Below are positions 1 through 10,839 of a stretch of DNA of 64,000 nt, one piece after another (the stretch's first letter is position 1; the number at the start of each line of letters is the position of its first letter). This stretch comes from Promethearchaeota archaeon (GTDB taxonomy: Archaea; Asgardarchaeota; Lokiarchaeia; Sigyniarchaeales; SOKP01): the NCBI GenBank assembly GCA_019058245.1, contig JAHPZJ010000013.1, forward strand, positions 73,166-137,165, given 5' to 3'. The translations under genes were made by a program, and so were the position numbers. The notes below the pieces were generated by a model. That model did not search any database. It worked only from the letters and a program-made list of their open reading frames with translations, and had not been told where the DNA came from.

Positions 1-552
1 ATATTAAAAATCATAGAAACCTTAATCTTAAATGGAGAACTCAAAGCTGAAATTAGAGGGGATATTCTTAAACTCAAAAGAGAACCAGAAATCATAACAT
101 CAGCTGAAGGATATATATCTGAAACCTCTACAATTCAAGAAATAGAAAAAAAAGAAGGAATGCAGATATTTGTAAGTTATGCCACCAGGGATGCTGATTT
201 ATATAAAATACCTGATCTTGCCAGAAAACTTGAAGAATTTAATGAAATTGGAGAGGTTCTTTATTGGCAGGAAGATATGCATGATAGTATAATAGAATAT
301 ATGAATGATAATCTTAAGAGAAGTGATGTGGTTCTTTTATTTTGCTCCCCAAATGCTTTAGATTCCGTACCTGTTAAGAAAGAATGGATGGCTGCGGAGG
401 CAATACAAAAACCGATAGTTCCTGTTTTTATTAAACCAGAACATATCCCCACACTATTAAGTGACAGATTAGGTATTGAATTTGACAGTTTTGATCTTCA
501 AAAAAATGTGCAAGAAATCTATGAACTTATTCTTAAAAAAAAACAAAATTAA
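1..552 (+). CDS. TIR-domain protein, 5'-truncated by the window edge; upstream part resembles a PCI/winged-helix end
   Basis: Frame is open from base 1, so the ORF is longer than the track's 160 start. TIR motifs IFVSYA, VVLLFCSPN, SVPVKKEW (catalytic-type Glu), IVPVF. Confidence 0.8.
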   Translation: MLKIIETLILNGELKAEIRGDILKLKREPEIITSAEGYISETSTIQEIEKKEGMQIFVSYATRDADLYKIPDLARKLEEFNEIGEVLYWQEDMHDSIIEYMNDNLKRSDVVLLFCSPNALDSVPVKKEWMAAEAIQKPIVPVFIKPEHIPTLLSDRLGIEFDSFDLQKNVQEIYELILKKKQN

Positions 553-710
553 TTGTAAAGACTTGCTATCATATCTGAAGAAATTAAGCCAGAAAAGTAG
601 GAGTATTATCTAAACGATAAAAACCACTGTATATTTTTAAATTTTCTATATCCTTTTAATTCTAAAATAATTCATATGATATAACCAATCAATTGAAAAT
701 TTAATTATAA

Positions 711-1667
711 ATGTTATTTCGAGGAATAGAAGAAGCTTATTATAGAATTAGCAACGTCGCAAATAAGACTCCTATTATGACTTCAAGAACTTTAGATCGC
801 CTCTTGAAATTAAAAATTTTTTTTAAATGTGAGAATTTCCAAAGAGGCGGAGCCTTTAAATTCCGAGGAGCTTATAACACATTATCTTTACTTTCAGAAA
901 AACAAAAGAAAAAAGGGGTTATAACTCATTCAAGTGGTAATCATTCTCAAGCTATCGCTCTATCTGCCTCATTATTGGGAATTAAGGCAACAATAGTAAT
1001 GCCAAAAGGAGCACCTATAAATAAGATCAATGCCACAAAAAGTTATAACGCAAAAGTTGTATTTTGTGACAACACCCTTGAGGCGAGAATTAACACTACA
1101 GAAGGTATAATTAAAGAAGAAAATTTGATCTTAATTCATCCTTATGATAATGATAATATAATTAATGGAGCAGGAACAGCGGCTTATGAATTAATTAAAG
1201 AAATTGGGCTATTAGATATCGTTATTGCTTCTATAGGTGGGGGTGGTCTAATAAGTGGAACTGCTCTTGCTACTAAAGGTTTATGTCCTTATGCTCGTAT
1301 TATTGGTGTTGAACCATCTTTAGCAGATGATGCATTTAGATCACTTAAAGCGGGTCATATCATACCTAGTACTTATCCAAAGACAATAGCAGATGGTTTA
1401 CGGACTTCTCTATGTGAAAGAACATTTAATATTATTCGCACATATGTTGATGAAATAATAACTGTTTCAGAAATTGAAATAGTCAATGCTATGAAATTTC
1501 TCTGGGAACGGATGAAAATAATAGTAGAACCTTCAGGAGCGGTTCCTTTAGCAGCTATTCTATCGAAAAAAATTGTTTTAGAGAACAAGAAGGTTGGTGT
1601 TATTTTAAGTGGGGGAAATATTGATGTAGAACCCTTTTTTCAATTATTAGAAAAAAAATTGGAATAG
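711..1667 (+). CDS. PLP-dependent serine/threonine dehydratase (serine racemase / hydroxyaspartate lyase-like)
   Basis: FKCENFQRGGAFKFRGA PLP-Lys motif, SSGNH, GGGGL, EPSGA, SGGN; no regulatory ACT domain. Confidence 0.9.
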   Translation: MLFRGIEEAYYRISNVANKTPIMTSRTLDRLLKLKIFFKCENFQRGGAFKFRGAYNTLSLLSEKQKKKGVITHSSGNHSQAIALSASLLGIKATIVMPKGAPINKINATKSYNAKVVFCDNTLEARINTTEGIIKEENLILIHPYDNDNIINGAGTAAYELIKEIGLLDIVIASIGGGGLISGTALATKGLCPYARIIGVEPSLADDAFRSLKAGHIIPSTYPKTIADGLRTSLCERTFNIIRTYVDEIITVSEIEIVNAMKFLWERMKIIVEPSGAVPLAAILSKKIVLENKKVGVILSGGNIDVEPFFQLLEKKLE

Positions 1668-1670
1668 ATT

Positions 1671-2945
1671 ATGTTAGAATCGCTAAAAGATTTATTTAAA
1701 AATATAAAGCTTTCATGGATTGATTCCATAGCTGATATTGATGTATCCAGTGAGTTTTATACATTAATATCAATATTCCCGAATTTAAAGAAAATCTTTC
1801 AAGAAGCTAGAGAGGAAAATAAAGACGAAATTCAAAGAACAATTAGACATATATTCAGATCTTTTAAGATATTCTTTTTGATAGAAAGCGGAAAATTTTA
1901 TCATGAAACACTTTCAGAAGAATCAGTATTTATGATCAGAGAAAAAGTTTTAGAGCAGCACAATCAGAATAAATTAATCATACCAATACTCTTAATGTAT
2001 CATGATATTGGTAGATATATTGATAATAAAAATCATCCATATCATAGTTATCACCTAATTTCGACAATGAAACTGCTTGAAACTTTTGAACTTGCAAAAA
2101 ACGAAAAACTTCTCGTGAGAAAATTAATTCACTATCATTTATTAATTGCTACAATATTTACTGGTGAATCTACCTTCTATGGAATTTATTCATTATTGAA
2201 TGATCCAGAATTTACCACACTTATTTCTGAAAAAAAGGAAATTGATAGATTCCTTGGTTTGTTAGAAGTTTTTACTTATATTGATATTCTTGGTTATTTT
2301 TACACTAAAATTTATGACCATTATATTAAATATTACGAGGAGATAAGTTCAAAATTAAAAATTATTTTAAATATATGGCCAAATAGGGAATTAGCATTAG
2401 AAAAAGCAATAGCTTATTCACAAGAATGGTTGGAGTGGAGACTTGCTAGCGCTCTTAGAATATTCCAATTTGTTGAAACACAACCACATTTAACAAAGGA
2501 ATTTTATTACAGTAAACTAAAGGAAAGTATAAAAGAAATTAATTTTCAATTACTTAAAGATCTTAATTGGGATTCATTAAAAGATCACTACTTAATAAAT
2601 AATTATAAAATACAGTTGAGATATTCTTTAGCATTTTTAATGATTTTAGCATTTGGGGGTCTTCAACGTATGGGATTAAAAATAAATACTGGTATCTCAT
2701 ACAAATTAATGTTTTTTTGGATTTTACTTTCTAAAGAAATTGAAATAAGGTCTAAAAATAATTCAAAACCTTTATGGAATGTCTATTTAGAAGGGATGCC
2801 TCATTGGTCGAAATTTGATAAAAATTTAATTGAAAAGATAAATACAGATAAAATAGAATTTATTATTCATAACGCAAACCATAAGTTTGATGGTACTAAA
2901 GAAGAATTTACTCTTTACTTGGATTTTAATCTTCTTTTTGATTAA
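1671..2945 (+). CDS. hypothetical protein, HD-domain-like
   Basis: 424-aa ORF 3 nt after the previous stop; LMYHDIGR..H..HS and HYH motifs. Confidence 0.5.
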   Translation: MLESLKDLFKNIKLSWIDSIADIDVSSEFYTLISIFPNLKKIFQEAREENKDEIQRTIRHIFRSFKIFFLIESGKFYHETLSEESVFMIREKVLEQHNQNKLIIPILLMYHDIGRYIDNKNHPYHSYHLISTMKLLETFELAKNEKLLVRKLIHYHLLIATIFTGESTFYGIYSLLNDPEFTTLISEKKEIDRFLGLLEVFTYIDILGYFYTKIYDHYIKYYEEISSKLKIILNIWPNRELALEKAIAYSQEWLEWRLASALRIFQFVETQPHLTKEFYYSKLKESIKEINFQLLKDLNWDSLKDHYLINNYKIQLRYSLAFLMILAFGGLQRMGLKINTGISYKLMFFWILLSKEIEIRSKNNSKPLWNVYLEGMPHWSKFDKNLIEKINTDKIEFIIHNANHKFDGTKEEFTLYLDFNLLFD

Positions 2946-3156
2946 ATAATTCAATTCATTACTTTGGATAAAAAATTACTCTCATTATCCGAAATTGTCA
3001 AAATTTTGCTGTGATATATTATTAAAAAGAAGAAGAGAATTAGAAAAAAATGAGAAGAGAAGCTGATCTATAAGTTCCTAATAAATACATAAGACTAATA
3101 TCTTAATTGAGTCATAGAAAGGTTAAATTGTCAATTTTCTAATTTTACGATAAAAA

Positions 3157-5055
3157 TTATTGAATATCAATTTTACGAAAATAAAGTGTTGATATAACTA
3201 AACAAGCTAAAGAAATAAATGATGATATTAAAACAATACTTACAGGTGTTAATTTTATTGAAGTAATAGTGAAACCGAGTGACTCACTTAAAGGACCTGC
3301 AATTGAACTTAATCCTCCAACTGTATTAGATATCCAAGTCCTTCCTAATTGTTCATAATAATAAGAACTTGTTAAGAGGAGGGGCCATTCATGCCGAACT
3401 AGGATTGGTAAAAAGCTAACTAATGTAGGAACCATCAAAAACAATAATATTGGTATGAAAATAGATAACCCCATTTTTTTGAACAATGTTGAACATAAAA
3501 TACCTATAGCAAGTAATGGAATTAGTGTAATTATACCTATAAGAAAAACAAATCCTCCAATAGAAAATAAATCATTATAATATATTTTATCCACATATAC
3601 CATTCCACTTAGTGTAATTGAAATTGATATAGTCACCATTATTATAATAACAATGAAAATATAAGCTAAAATTTTTCCCCAAAGAAACTCCCAACGTCTT
3701 ACAGGTTTACTAAAGAACCAAGATAAAGATCCACTACTTCTTTCTCCTATAATACTACTCGAGCCAAAAGCAATAGAAAATGCTACTCCAAAATATATAA
3801 GATAAAAACCAAGGAAGATATTTGTTATACTTCGAATCTGATCAATACCAATACTACCTAACATTCGATTTATCATTCTAAATATTAAATTTAGTATGAT
3901 TCCAGGAACAATTCCAATACCCACAAAAACGATAATCTTGATTTTACTCTTAACTAATTCATTTTTAAAAATAATTCCTAACGAACTAAAATACCCACGA
4001 TTTTGTCGATAATGTAATAATATACCAAAAAGGAGTACGAAAATTATTAGTATACCAACCCCTAATCCAAAAAAATTCCATTTAAAAGAAGGGTATTCAG
4101 ATATTTTTATTGTAATTGTGGATGTAAAATTATTTCTTAAACTATCAATACTTAATACAGAAATATTGTGAATACCAGATGAACTAAAATTAATGGGTAA
4201 ACTACCAACAAAATATTTATAAAATCCTGAACCATTTAGTTCATAATAAAATTGTCCATCTATCAAAATTTGGAAAGAAATATTAAGGAATCCATCTATT
4301 ATTGGGCTATCCCATCCTATCCAAGTTAGATTTATAGATCTTAATGCTGTTTGATACATAATACCTTCTCCTGATAAGCCAAACCTAGCTGGGGTTGGAC
4401 CTGTAATGTAATTAAGTGGTTTTGCTAAATCATTAAGGAATGATATATTTGAACTATTAATATATACTTCCGAAGAAGATAATCCATTTACACTAACAAA
4501 ATTTATCGAAGAATCTAAAATCAGAATTTGTCCTTCTATTCCAAATTCATTTAGTTGAAAAAATGAACTATTTGTGATTGTGATGTTCGCAGAATCAAAT
4601 TTCCATATAGTTGTAGAGATAGTTTGACTTGAAACCATATCTAAAGAAGAAGAATCACGACATTCAATGTTTCTATTAATTGTTGAATTATAAATATTCA
4701 CTACTGAAAAATCTGAAAGAATAATATTATCAGATATGCTTGACCCCTGTTGAATATTTAAAATACCTGTATTAAATAAATATATGCTATCTTTAACAGT
4801 AGTATTGATAAGCGTAATTTCTGCATTTTCCATTATAAAAATGGTTTCATTGATAAATGAATCTTCAAAAAGTATAACATCATTATCGTCATAAACTAAA
4901 CTCATATTTGGAGAATTTTTTAGATATTTTGAATAAGATTTATTTTGATCTCGGAATGTTGAGATATTTTGAATTATTGAGAAGAATATTGAAAATGTAA
5001 TTAATAAAATAACTAGAATAGCATATTTTTTAAATCTAAAATATTCAATCTTCAA
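3157..5055 (-). CDS. ABC-2 type permease with a large N-terminal extracellular domain
   Basis: C-terminal multi-TM region with IIGERSSGSL..FSKPVRRWEFLWGK ABC-2 motif; overlaps the ATPase gene. Confidence 0.85.
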   Translation of the reverse strand: MKIEYFRFKKYAILVILLITFSIFFSIIQNISTFRDQNKSYSKYLKNSPNMSLVYDDNDVILFEDSFINETIFIMENAEITLINTTVKDSIYLFNTGILNIQQGSSISDNIILSDFSVVNIYNSTINRNIECRDSSSLDMVSSQTISTTIWKFDSANITITNSSFFQLNEFGIEGQILILDSSINFVSVNGLSSSEVYINSSNISFLNDLAKPLNYITGPTPARFGLSGEGIMYQTALRSINLTWIGWDSPIIDGFLNISFQILIDGQFYYELNGSGFYKYFVGSLPINFSSSGIHNISVLSIDSLRNNFTSTITIKISEYPSFKWNFFGLGVGILIIFVLLFGILLHYRQNRGYFSSLGIIFKNELVKSKIKIIVFVGIGIVPGIILNLIFRMINRMLGSIGIDQIRSITNIFLGFYLIYFGVAFSIAFGSSSIIGERSSGSLSWFFSKPVRRWEFLWGKILAYIFIVIIIMVTISISITLSGMVYVDKIYYNDLFSIGGFVFLIGIITLIPLLAIGILCSTLFKKMGLSIFIPILLFLMVPTLVSFLPILVRHEWPLLLTSSYYYEQLGRTWISNTVGGLSSIAGPLSESLGFTITSIKLTPVSIVLISSFISLACLVISTLYFRKIDIQ

Positions 5056-6001
5056 TATTTTTCAGCTCCACATTTTTGTTATCTTTTTCGAGTGCTTTCA
5101 TAAAAATATTTTCAATTTCTAATCCAGTTAAACGAAATTCTTTAATAACCACATTATTTTTTAATGAAATTTGAGCGACAGTTGTCCAAACTTGCTTTAA
5201 ATCATTGGCTTCAATAATTAAAGAATCAGCGTCTTCTTCAATTTTTGAAACAATTGGTTTAAGAGAATTACGAAATAGATCATTATTAGGGGTTATTCTT
5301 ATCACTTTTGTACCCAATCTTTCATTTAATTCTTGAATTGATCCTTCCATAATAAGATTACCTTGGTTAATAATCCCAATTGAATCTGCACTCATCTTTT
5401 GAACTTCTGGAAGTATATGTGTTGAAATTAACATTGTTTTTCCCTGTTGCCGTAATTCTTTAAGTAAATCAATCATTTGATTTCGACCAAGTGGATCAAG
5501 ATTAGCCGTTATTTCATCAAGTATTAATAATTCGGGGTCATTCATTAAAGCTTGAGCAATCCCAATTCTTTGCTTCATTCCCGCTGAGAATTTAGCAATT
5601 TTCCGAGATTTCACATTTGATAATTCAACTAGTTTTAATAAATTTGATATACGACTTTTTATTTCTTGTTTTGGCATATGAAAAATAGAACCGATATGTT
5701 TAAGTAATTTTTCCGCTGTCATTTCCATAAAATAAATAGGATTTTCTGGTACATAACCTATAAGTTTATGGATATTAATTTTTTCATTGGAATTAATATT
5801 TTTTCCGAATATTTCTATTTCCCCCGAAGATGGCTTAAGTGATCCAATAAGCATCTTTATTGTAGTAGTCTTTCCAGCTCCATTTGGTCCTAAAAATCCA
5901 TAAATTCCTTCATGGACTATTATATTTAATTTGTTAACAGCAATAGTTTTACTATTAAATATCTTAGTTAACTCGAAAGTTTGAATTATAGGATTCTTCA
6001 T
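5045..6001 (-). CDS. ABC exporter ATP-binding protein
   Basis: GPNGAGKTT, FSAGMKQR, LILDE, ISTH. Confidence 0.95.
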   Translation of the reverse strand: MKNPIIQTFELTKIFNSKTIAVNKLNIIVHEGIYGFLGPNGAGKTTTIKMLIGSLKPSSGEIEIFGKNINSNEKINIHKLIGYVPENPIYFMEMTAEKLLKHIGSIFHMPKQEIKSRISNLLKLVELSNVKSRKIAKFSAGMKQRIGIAQALMNDPELLILDEITANLDPLGRNQMIDLLKELRQQGKTMLISTHILPEVQKMSADSIGIINQGNLIMEGSIQELNERLGTKVIRITPNNDLFRNSLKPIVSKIEEDADSLIIEANDLKQVWTTVAQISLKNNVVIKEFRLTGLEIENIFMKALEKDNKNVELKNIED

Positions 6002-6320
6002 TGTAAAAAAAAATTCTTCTTTCTTTAAATAATATACTATTCAGAAATCTTAATCATTATAAGAATACTATGATTGTATGGTATATTTCGTTATAAACTT
6101 CAGTGTTTATGCCCAATTGACCAAGACTCACTCAAATTCGAACATAACACAAAAAAAGGATATGATGTAAAAAATGGTAAATATTGAAAAAATGTTAAAG
6201 GTCGCCCTTTTTGACGGGATTTTTTACCTCTAAATTTTAAAAAAGAATACATTTTTAGAATAAGAAGGATTTTTTTCTCATGAATAAAAAACTATAATCA
6301 TCCTTTGAAATATTCTTGAA

Positions 6321-7370
6321 TTGGTTGCTGTGTCTGATATTTTTGATAAAACAGTCAAAAAAAAACCCAAGGAAGATTTATGTGTTGTATATGTCATGTT
6401 TTTCGATGAAAAGCGTGGTCAGGTACCATTATTAATGTATCCCGATGATCGACTTAGAAGTGATAAAAGATATATGCGTCCAATAAATTTTCATCCAGTT
6501 TGGTTTTTAGAAACTGAAGATCTTGACCATATTGATTTAGAATATAAAGGATATACATTTTTTGGTAAAAAATTTCTGGCAAAATCAAAAAGGCAAAAAA
6601 GGAGAGCAGGATTAGAGGAAGAAACTCCAGAAACGATAGTAATAATAGTCTCAATTCCAGTTGAAATTGATATTTTTGGAGATGAATTAATAAAAAGATT
6701 AACAGAAGAACTGCGAGAAAATTTCGATGATCAATTATCTGAGGTTATAGAAAGTGAAATTGCATCTGAAGCTGTAATAAAAACACCAAAGATTCATGAA
6801 TGTATTTCCAAAGGAACAAAAATTAAGGTTTTTATGAGGGAACTAATTGATAAAACCATTAAAGATTACTTTTCAAAAGCTATTGAAAATAGAGCAGAAT
6901 CTACCTCTCTCAAGACACAAAAAGCAATAGCGTATTTTTCTCTTAAAGGTTTTGAGTTTTCTCCTCTTAGTAGTTTAAAAGGAGATGGTAGTTTTGCAAA
7001 TTTAGAACTCTTTGAAACATCGAAAAAACCAATAGAACTTATTGGACCAAAATCTATTCTATCAATTACACACCTTAATTTTATTGAAAACAGCCAAGAG
7101 CTTGAGATTACTATCCAAAACAATACAGATAAGGATCTAACAAATATGTCTGTTACAATTACTCATGTTAAAGAATTTTTTGAAAAGGTCATAATGACTC
7201 AAAAAGTTGAATTTTGGTTTTCTCTAGAAGAACTCTTATTTGTTTCTCCAATTGTTCCTCATATTAATGAATATTTAGTTTCTATTAAACAAGAAGATGA
7301 TCATGGTAATAGTAATAAAATTCTCACTCATAAAATTGATTTAAAATTAATAAATAAAATATCTAGTTAA
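6321..7370 (+). CDS. hypothetical protein, possible N-terminal longin/uDENN-like domain
   Basis: 349-aa ORF with TTG start; VVYVMFFDEKRGQVPLLMYP resembles the uDENN/longin beta1-beta2 pattern. Confidence 0.5.
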   Translation: MVAVSDIFDKTVKKKPKEDLCVVYVMFFDEKRGQVPLLMYPDDRLRSDKRYMRPINFHPVWFLETEDLDHIDLEYKGYTFFGKKFLAKSKRQKRRAGLEEETPETIVIIVSIPVEIDIFGDELIKRLTEELRENFDDQLSEVIESEIASEAVIKTPKIHECISKGTKIKVFMRELIDKTIKDYFSKAIENRAESTSLKTQKAIAYFSLKGFEFSPLSSLKGDGSFANLELFETSKKPIELIGPKSILSITHLNFIENSQELEITIQNNTDKDLTNMSVTITHVKEFFEKVIMTQKVEFWFSLEELLFVSPIVPHINEYLVSIKQEDDHGNSNKILTHKIDLKLINKISS

Positions 7371-7384
7371 AAAAGGTTATAAGA

Positions 7385-7861
7385 ATGTCAATTGAGCAAA
7401 TTCAAGAAGAAGATATCATTATAAGAAATTATAGAACTTCAGATTATGAAGCAACTCTTGAAATTCTAAAAGATCTAAATGAATTATTTGATATCGGTTT
7501 TAATGAAAAACAATGGAGAGAATCTTCAGGTTTAAGACAATTTAAACCTAATCTTAAAAGAATTACATTAATCGCAGAATTGAAATCAACAGGGCAAGTA
7601 GTAAGTATGGGAATGATAGAGGGTGTAAAAAATACTCTCGGACAATATATTGGTTATCTAGATAATTGGGCAACTAAAAAAGAATTTATTGGAAAGGGAG
7701 TAGGTAAACTCTTAGCAGATAGGGCAATTCAAATTTTAGAATCTTGGGGCACTGATTCCATACGTATTAACCTTGCCTACACTACTGACGAAAAATTAAT
7801 TAATATTTTTAGTAAATTAGGTTTTCAGCCAATTATTACTGTACTTGAAAAAAGATTTTAG
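7385..7861 (+). CDS. GNAT-family acetyltransferase
   Basis: EFIGKGVGKLL acetyl-CoA-binding motif A and FSKLGF. Confidence 0.8.
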   Translation: MSIEQIQEEDIIIRNYRTSDYEATLEILKDLNELFDIGFNEKQWRESSGLRQFKPNLKRITLIAELKSTGQVVSMGMIEGVKNTLGQYIGYLDNWATKKEFIGKGVGKLLADRAIQILESWGTDSIRINLAYTTDEKLINIFSKLGFQPIITVLEKRF

Positions 7862-8076
7862 TCTTTTAGAGAAATATTAGACTAAATCAAAAAATATAAA
7901 CTTATAATAAATTTGTAAATTCTACATATAATTATACATTTTTGAAAAAAGAGTTTTCTAATTTATTTTTTAATTTAAATTAGAAGAAATATATTTAATT
8001 AGAAGTATACAAATTTATGCATATCATAAATTTATTTTTAAAATATAAAATTCACAAAAGAGAAAAAAATATAAAA

Positions 8077-9516
8077 ATGATTGGAATTAAATCATATGGA
8101 GTATATTTACCAAAATATCTGTTACCAAGGGAATTGATAGGTAAAGCGTGGGATTTTCCGATTGTTCCTGGTACAAGATCCGTAGCTATGGCTGATGAAG
8201 ATAGTCTTACAATGTCTGTGGAAGCGGGATTAGATTGTTTAATAGGATTTGATCCAAAAAGTATTGATGGGCTATTCTTTGCATCAACAACGCAAGTGTA
8301 TACTGAAAAAGATTCTGCTTCTTTAATTGCAACTGTTCTTGATATGAGAGAAGATATTATCACAGCAGATTTTACGGATTCATTGAAAGCGGGAACAACG
8401 GCAGTATCACGCGCAGTAGATACAATTAAAGCCAATAAAGATATAAAAAGTATTCTAGTAGTTGCAGCGGATACTAGAATCCCAGAACCCTCAACAATTT
8501 GGGAATATGGTTTTGCAGATGGTGCAGCTGCATTATTAATAGCAGAAGAAGATACTCTTCCATTATCAATTGATGATTATTATTCCATTTCTGCTAATGT
8601 TACGGGACCATGGAAAAGGACAGATAAAGATAAATATATAAGAACTTTTGAAGTAAAGATGGATACAAAATTCTATTTTGAGAGTATCACTAAAGTAATG
8701 TCTGAAATCTTGAAAAGAAACAATTTAAAACCAGAAGATATCAGTGCTGCAGCATATTATTATAATAATCCTAGAATGCATGGTACAGTTGCAAAAATGA
8801 TGAAATTTACTAGTGGTGTAGCTCAAAATAGCGTGTTTTTCCAGCTTGGTGATTTAGGAACTCCAATGCCATTTATCTTATTAATCGGGGCGTTAAGAAG
8901 GCCTAAACCAGAGGCGAAAATAATTATGACTGGCTTCGGGGATGGAGCAGATGCAATATTAATGCAAATTCAGAATAGAGATGCTCTAAGAAGCCTTGGA
9001 AAAACTCGGATGGGCTTTACTGGACATCAGAAGTCAATGGCATCTCTAAAAAATTACAATAAGTATCTTGACTTTAAGGAAATTTTTGAAAAAGATAGAT
9101 ATATAAGAAAAAGTTCCGCAGTTACAATTTGGCGTGATACGGCATCGGTATATAAATGGTATGGAGTAAAATGTAAAAATTGTGGATCGATTCAATATCC
9201 TGATATGTATCGTTCTTGTTATGTGTGTAGAGTAGATGATCAACTTGAGAGAGTAAAACTCGCATTAAAAGGTACTATCTTTACTTATACTTTAGATCAT
9301 TTAGTTGGTGGAACATACTCAAATATACCTATACCTCGATGTGTAATTGATCTAGATGGTGGGGGAAGAGTACTTCTTAATATGACAGAAATAGAGAAAC
9401 CCGAAGAAAACGTTCAAATAGGTATGCGAGTCGAAATAACATTTAGAAAAGAACATGAAGGAGCTGAATTTATAAATTATTATTGGAAATGCAGGCCTGA
9501 AAGGGGGAGACTATAA
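8077..9516 (+). CDS. HMG-CoA-synthase-like domain fused to a DUF35 Zn-ribbon/OB-fold
   Basis: MIGIKSYGVYLP, DEDSLTM, DGAAA, GFGDGADA; C-terminal CKNC..CYVC and OB-fold ending YYWKCRP. ATG at 8077 preferred over 8017. Confidence 0.85.
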   Translation: MIGIKSYGVYLPKYLLPRELIGKAWDFPIVPGTRSVAMADEDSLTMSVEAGLDCLIGFDPKSIDGLFFASTTQVYTEKDSASLIATVLDMREDIITADFTDSLKAGTTAVSRAVDTIKANKDIKSILVVAADTRIPEPSTIWEYGFADGAAALLIAEEDTLPLSIDDYYSISANVTGPWKRTDKDKYIRTFEVKMDTKFYFESITKVMSEILKRNNLKPEDISAAAYYYNNPRMHGTVAKMMKFTSGVAQNSVFFQLGDLGTPMPFILLIGALRRPKPEAKIIMTGFGDGADAILMQIQNRDALRSLGKTRMGFTGHQKSMASLKNYNKYLDFKEIFEKDRYIRKSSAVTIWRDTASVYKWYGVKCKNCGSIQYPDMYRSCYVCRVDDQLERVKLALKGTIFTYTLDHLVGGTYSNIPIPRCVIDLDGGGRVLLNMTEIEKPEENVQIGMRVEITFRKEHEGAEFINYYWKCRPERGRL

Positions 9517-9530
9517 AGAGGTGAAAAAAA

Positions 9531-10715
9531 GTGCGTAAAGGAATAAAAGATAAAGTTGCTATAATTGGATGTGATATGACCAAGTATGGTGAATTATGGG
9601 ATAAAAATCAATATGATTTGCTTTTTGAAGCAGTACAAAATGCTACAAAAGATGCAGGAATTACTAAAGACGATATTGATAGTACTTGGATTGGAATTTT
9701 TTACTATTTCACTGGACTTTCAGGTGCTATGGTAGAAGATATTTTAAGATTAGATGGTAAACCAGCAACTAGAGTTGAAAATTATTGCGCTAGCGGGATG
9801 GATGCCTTTAGAAATGCATCATTTGCGGTCGCTTCAGGTGCTTATGATATCGTACTTGCATGCGGAGTAGAAAAATTAATGGATGAAGGAGGCAGTGGAC
9901 TTCCAGGTTTTACACAGTTTGGACACCCTTTATATCCAATGCCATCTGCACCAGCTATGTTTTCTATGGCAGCAACAAGATCTTTTCATGAATATGGATG
10001 GACAAAAGAAGATCTGGCTAGGGTTGCTGTTAAAAACCATGAAAATGGAGCAGAGCATCCTAAAGCTCATTTTAGAAGCAGAATAACAATTGATCAAGCA
10101 ATAAAAGCACCTATGATTGCAGATCCTCTAGGTCGTTTTGATTGTTGTGCTATGAGTGATGGGGCAGCTGCTCTTATTTTAACGACACCAGAATTAGCTG
10201 AAAGTTATGCTCATTCAGATGATTATATCCTGGTTAAAGCAAATGCAATCTCATGCAGAACTAACTTTCCATGGTATATTCCTCCCAATGGTCCAGGAGC
10301 AGATTTTACCAGTTTTCCAGCAACCGTTAAGGCCGCTGAATATGCCTATAAAGAAGCGGGTGTTATAGATCCTCGAAAAGAAATTGATTGTGCAGAAGTT
10401 CATGACTGCTTTACTATTACAGAATTAATAAACTGTCAAGATTTAAAATTCTGCGATCGTGGTCAAGCTGCTGAAGAATTAAAAAATGGAACATTCAATT
10501 GGGATGGAGAAACAGCAGTTAATCCATCAGGTGGGCTAAAATCATTTGGACATCCAATAGGTTCCACAGGCTGTCGAATGCTAACCGAAATTACTAAACA
10601 ACTTCAAGGGCGAGCAGAAGGAAGACAAGTTCCAGATGCTAAATTAGGCTTATGTCATAACCTTGGAGGTGCATTTAGCGTTTGTTCCACTACTATTTTA
10701 AGTCAGAGAGACTAA
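9531..10715 (+). CDS. thiolase (acetyl-CoA acetyltransferase, SCP2-thiolase-like)
   Basis: NYCASG, SDGAAA, EVHDCFT, GHPIGSTG, HNLGG; GTG start 6 nt after GGTGA. Confidence 0.92.
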   Translation: MRKGIKDKVAIIGCDMTKYGELWDKNQYDLLFEAVQNATKDAGITKDDIDSTWIGIFYYFTGLSGAMVEDILRLDGKPATRVENYCASGMDAFRNASFAVASGAYDIVLACGVEKLMDEGGSGLPGFTQFGHPLYPMPSAPAMFSMAATRSFHEYGWTKEDLARVAVKNHENGAEHPKAHFRSRITIDQAIKAPMIADPLGRFDCCAMSDGAAALILTTPELAESYAHSDDYILVKANAISCRTNFPWYIPPNGPGADFTSFPATVKAAEYAYKEAGVIDPRKEIDCAEVHDCFTITELINCQDLKFCDRGQAAEELKNGTFNWDGETAVNPSGGLKSFGHPIGSTGCRMLTEITKQLQGRAEGRQVPDAKLGLCHNLGGAFSVCSTTILSQRD

Positions 10716-10740
10716 AATTTATTCAAATAAATTAAATAAT

Positions 10741-10766
10741 TTCCTTTTTTTTTTTAATTTTTTTTT
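10741..10766 (+). terminator. poly-T archaeal-type terminator region between convergent thiolase and mscL
   Basis: Two long T runs just downstream of the thiolase stop. Confidence 0.5.
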
Positions 10767-10839
10767 AGATATTTCTAAATTATAGGAAAACAAAAAAAAA
10801 GAATTTTAATTAAGAATTTAAAAAATTCTTATTTATTTA

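Noticed and set aside
6128-6230. Minus-strand 30-codon hydrophobic ORF starting ATC after GAGGTA, and a small hairpin AAAGG-tcgc-CCTTT
   Set aside because: Too short, no recognisable motif, and the spacing differs from the GGTGA+6 pattern; cannot be supported.
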